DNA of 64,000 nt from a virus (lineage: Duplodnaviria > Caudoviricetes), in IMG/VR virus record IMGVR_UViG_640069307_000003, positions 1 through 64,000 of that record. One strand, written 5' to 3'. The position numbers and the translations under genes are program-made. Below, piece by piece: positions 61,673 to 64,000 of the stretch; position 1 is the first letter of the stretch; each line of letters begins with the position of its first letter. Under the pieces are notes generated by a model, which was given only the letters and a program-made list of their open reading frames with translations, had not been told where the DNA came from and searched no databases.

Positions 61673-64000
61673 TTACGCCTGATAGTCCGCCATGCTCAGG
61701 CCAAGGTGATTCAGCAGGCTTTCCAGAGAGGCTACAGGACTGCCGTTGCTGAACGTCTGGCCGCTTTCCACGGCGATGCGGAACGCCTTGTTGCTGCTGT
61801 TGAACGTGCGGCCTTGCAGGCCCTCCGCGCCCTTCACGGCGATTTTGTTCGAGGCTGCGCCGCCTTGCACGAGAGCGAGATTCACATACTTGCCCGCCTC
61901 GTAGCGGAACGAGCCACGCGTCCACTTATCGCCCGGAAAGAAATAATCGTCCGTTGCGATCCGCGCAGAAATGACACCCGGCTGCTGTTCGAGCAACGCC
62001 AGAATACCCTTCACATCGGTTCCGGCCGTGTCCGCCGCGCGCGCAGCCTTCGCGACCTTCGCCCATCCCACCATGCTCGCCCACGAGCCGGAGAACAGTG
62101 CCATTGCCATATTGATGGCATCCGCCCACGTCTCAACGTACAGCCGTGCCGACTTCGGTACCATGAGCGCAGCGCGCACTTCATCGACGCCCACCTTCAG
62201 TTCGATATGGTCGCCTTCTTCGAAAAGCGTTTCAGCGAGCTTGCGGCTCACACCATCGGCGAGGAACGTAGTCGGCATATACGTCGCATACGAGTGGCGC
62301 GCGGCGGTCGCGAGAATTTCATCCACGAACAGCCCGCCCTCGATGGCGCGTTGCAGCGCGGCGCGCGCCGGGCCGCCGAGTGCCGTGCGCGCATCCGAGC
62401 CGACGCTGATCCAGCGTTCGCGGCCGTCGTCGATCTTGCTTTGCTGCTCACGATAGCGGCGCATGTCAAAGCCGAGCGCGTTCGAGAGGTCGCCCACTTC
62501 GAGCCATGCCGTCTGCGTGTTGAACCACGCGAGCGCCCACGCATCCAGTTCCTCCGGCGTCTTGCACGAGGCAACGCCATCGGGCAGGGCGGCAAAGAAT
62601 GCGTCATCGAGTCCGAGGCTTGACACGACTTCCTGAAGGGTCAGGTGCGAGTCAATCGAGGTCAAGTCCTGCCCGGTCGCGCGCACGTTATGCGTCAGAC
62701 AGTAGGCTTGGACGGCGGCGGCGCGAGCCTTCGTGCTCAGGTCCGTTGCCGGGCCGATCAGGCGAAGGTCGGAAACCGTCACGTAGCGGTCACGGCGCTC
62801 GGTAATCGCCGCCGCCTGTTCAGCCTTGATGCGCTCGATCAGCGCACCGCCTGCCGCGTTCGGTTCGAGCGCATACGGGAACATCGGGGTCTTGAACGCG
62901 AACGAGTCACGCCAGAGCGAGCTAGACGGAATCGCAACCGGCATGGCGTCGCGCACGTCAGACACCATCATCGAATACAGGTTGTCGCTATCGGCACTGA
63001 AGCCGTCCGTATTCGCCTCGATGGTTGCCACGTCGGCCGCGACCGCTCGGGAGACTGCATCGGTCCATCCTTCGCCGCCGCGGTCGATGAACTTCGCGCC
63101 CGTCAGGCGGAACAGGTCGGTCGTCGAGCGATCAGCCGGGTTGAAGCCGAGCAGGCCCGTATCGCCGTAGCGTGTCGGCTTTTGCACGACGAGCAGCGCG
63201 TTCTGGTGCTCGACGAGCGTGCCGACCGCAACAAGCGCGCCGTTGATGATCTGCGCATCACCCGCGCGGAACTTGTCGAGCGCTTCGGCCGCATAGCCGT
63301 CGTCGGTCCGGTTGTTGAACGATACCGCGGCCTCGTCCATCATGCGCCGCGCGATGTTGAGGTCTTTCCGATAGTTCGCATACGCGGCCGTTTCCTTTTC
63401 CGCATCGGTAATCGTCGCGTACCCGTTTCGCGTCTGCGGCAGGTGTTTCGGGCCGGTTGTCAGGCCCGCGAGCACGGCCACTTGCGATTCGAGCAGGCCC
63501 GACAGTTCGCGAATCTGCTTGCTCAGGCGCGCGGCCATGAGGTCAGATTTCGTCTCGTTCAAGCGCTCTTGCAGCGCGTCGATCTTGTCGCGCGTGCCAG
63601 TGACGACGGTGATTTTCGAGTTCACCCACGCCGCAAAGCCTTGGCGCTCGTCGCCCTTTGCATCCGCGCCGAAACGGCCGAGCCACTTCATTTGCGCCTC
63701 GATGATGCGCACGCTTTGAAGTTGGGTCGTGCGGCTCGTCGCGGCGCGCTGGCGCTTGTTGCGCAGCGCGATTTCCTCATTGATCCGGTCCATCGCCGAA
63801 GCGTCGCCGACCGCGTTGGCGAGCATTTCGTAATCCGACGAGGACATATCGCCCTCGATCTTGATCTTCGACGAATCGCCCTTCATGAGCGAGCCAATCC
63901 AGTCGGCCTTGATGCCAACGAGCTTGCGTTTGTACGCGTCGAAAGTGCCGTCCGCATCGTAGTGGTACACGTTGACGCTATCGACCGGGTTGCCTTGGCG
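61673..64000 (-). CDS. darB: C-terminal part of a DarB-like giant virion protein (5' end outside the window)
   Basis: Open frame running off the window edge (at least 775 aa); position before ulx. The methylase and helicase domains are not visible in this part. Confidence 0.6.
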   Translation of the reverse strand, partial: RQGNPVDSVNVYHYDADGTFDAYKRKLVGIKADWIGSLMKGDSSKIKIEGDMSSSDYEMLANAVGDASAMDRINEEIALRNKRQRAATSRTTQLQSVRIIEAQMKWLGRFGADAKGDERQGFAAWVNSKITVVTGTRDKIDALQERLNETKSDLMAARLSKQIRELSGLLESQVAVLAGLTTGPKHLPQTRNGYATITDAEKETAAYANYRKDLNIARRMMDEAAVSFNNRTDDGYAAEALDKFRAGDAQIINGALVAVGTLVEHQNALLVVQKPTRYGDTGLLGFNPADRSTTDLFRLTGAKFIDRGGEGWTDAVSRAVAADVATIEANTDGFSADSDNLYSMMVSDVRDAMPVAIPSSSLWRDSFAFKTPMFPYALEPNAAGGALIERIKAEQAAAITERRDRYVTVSDLRLIGPATDLSTKARAAAVQAYCLTHNVRATGQDLTSIDSHLTLQEVVSSLGLDDAFFAALPDGVASCKTPEELDAWALAWFNTQTAWLEVGDLSNALGFDMRRYREQQSKIDDGRERWISVGSDARTALGGPARAALQRAIEGGLFVDEILATAARHSYATYMPTTFLADGVSRKLAETLFEEGDHIELKVGVDEVRAALMVPKSARLYVETWADAINMAMALFSGSWASMVGWAKVAKAARAADTAGTDVKGILALLEQQPGVISARIATDDYFFPGDKWTRGSFRYEAGKYVNLALVQGGAASNKIAVKGAEGLQGRTFNSSNKAFRIAVESGQTFSNGSPVASLESLLNHLGLSMADYQA

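Larger units (their letters stand above)
1..64000. mobile_element. P1-like temperate phage-plasmid (partial genome) with lambdoid immunity and recombination modules
   Basis: Myovirus structural genes, terminase and lysis genes occur together with an iteron RepA replicon, ParA partition, resolvase/res and a TA module. No integrase or host housekeeping genes are in the window. Confidence 0.9.

Noticed and set aside
28355-62590. Polarised KOPS (GGGNAGGG) distribution to match the FtsK-gamma fusion
   Set aside because: The few copies noticed occur on both strands, and a reliable count could not be made by eye.
1-64000. Integrase/att sites, IS elements, rRNA, reverse transcriptase (DGR or retron), P1 C1 operators
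   Set aside because: No tyrosine recombinase, transposase, rRNA or RT motifs, or ATTGCTCTAATAAATTT-like sites were seen in this window.

Overview
The whole 64 kb window looks like part of one temperate phage-plasmid. It is about 63-65% GC by eye, and its protein families suggest a Burkholderiaceae host (inference). The virion genes are P1-like: portal, major capsid, sheath, tube, Sit-like tape measure with a transglycosylase domain, baseplate, PacA/PacB-like terminase and Dar anti-restriction proteins (Hdf, DarB C-terminus, Ulx). The control and lytic-replication module is lambdoid-like: a cro/cI switch, an O-like initiator with internal iterons, and ERF/YqaJ/RdgC recombination genes. Plasmid maintenance genes are an iteron RepA replicon, ParA with two ribbon-helix-helix proteins, a serine resolvase with an RP4-like res site, and a BrnT/BrnA toxin-antitoxin pair. 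The lysis cassette has a GH19 endolysin, holin-like proteins and Rz/Rz1. Two regulatory codes can be read from the DNA: a palindromic operator ATAGA-N4-TCTAT (7 near-perfect copies plus degenerate ones at the switch) and a late-promoter signature GGAAAA-N29/30-[-10 box] in front of the structural operons. The strongest novelty candidate is a ~640-nt non-coding structured region (about 14500-15145). It holds an atypical tRNA-Thr-like element and two covarying copies of a kissing-loop RNA motif with mutually exclusive pairings. All product calls come from motif recognition by eye; no database search was run.
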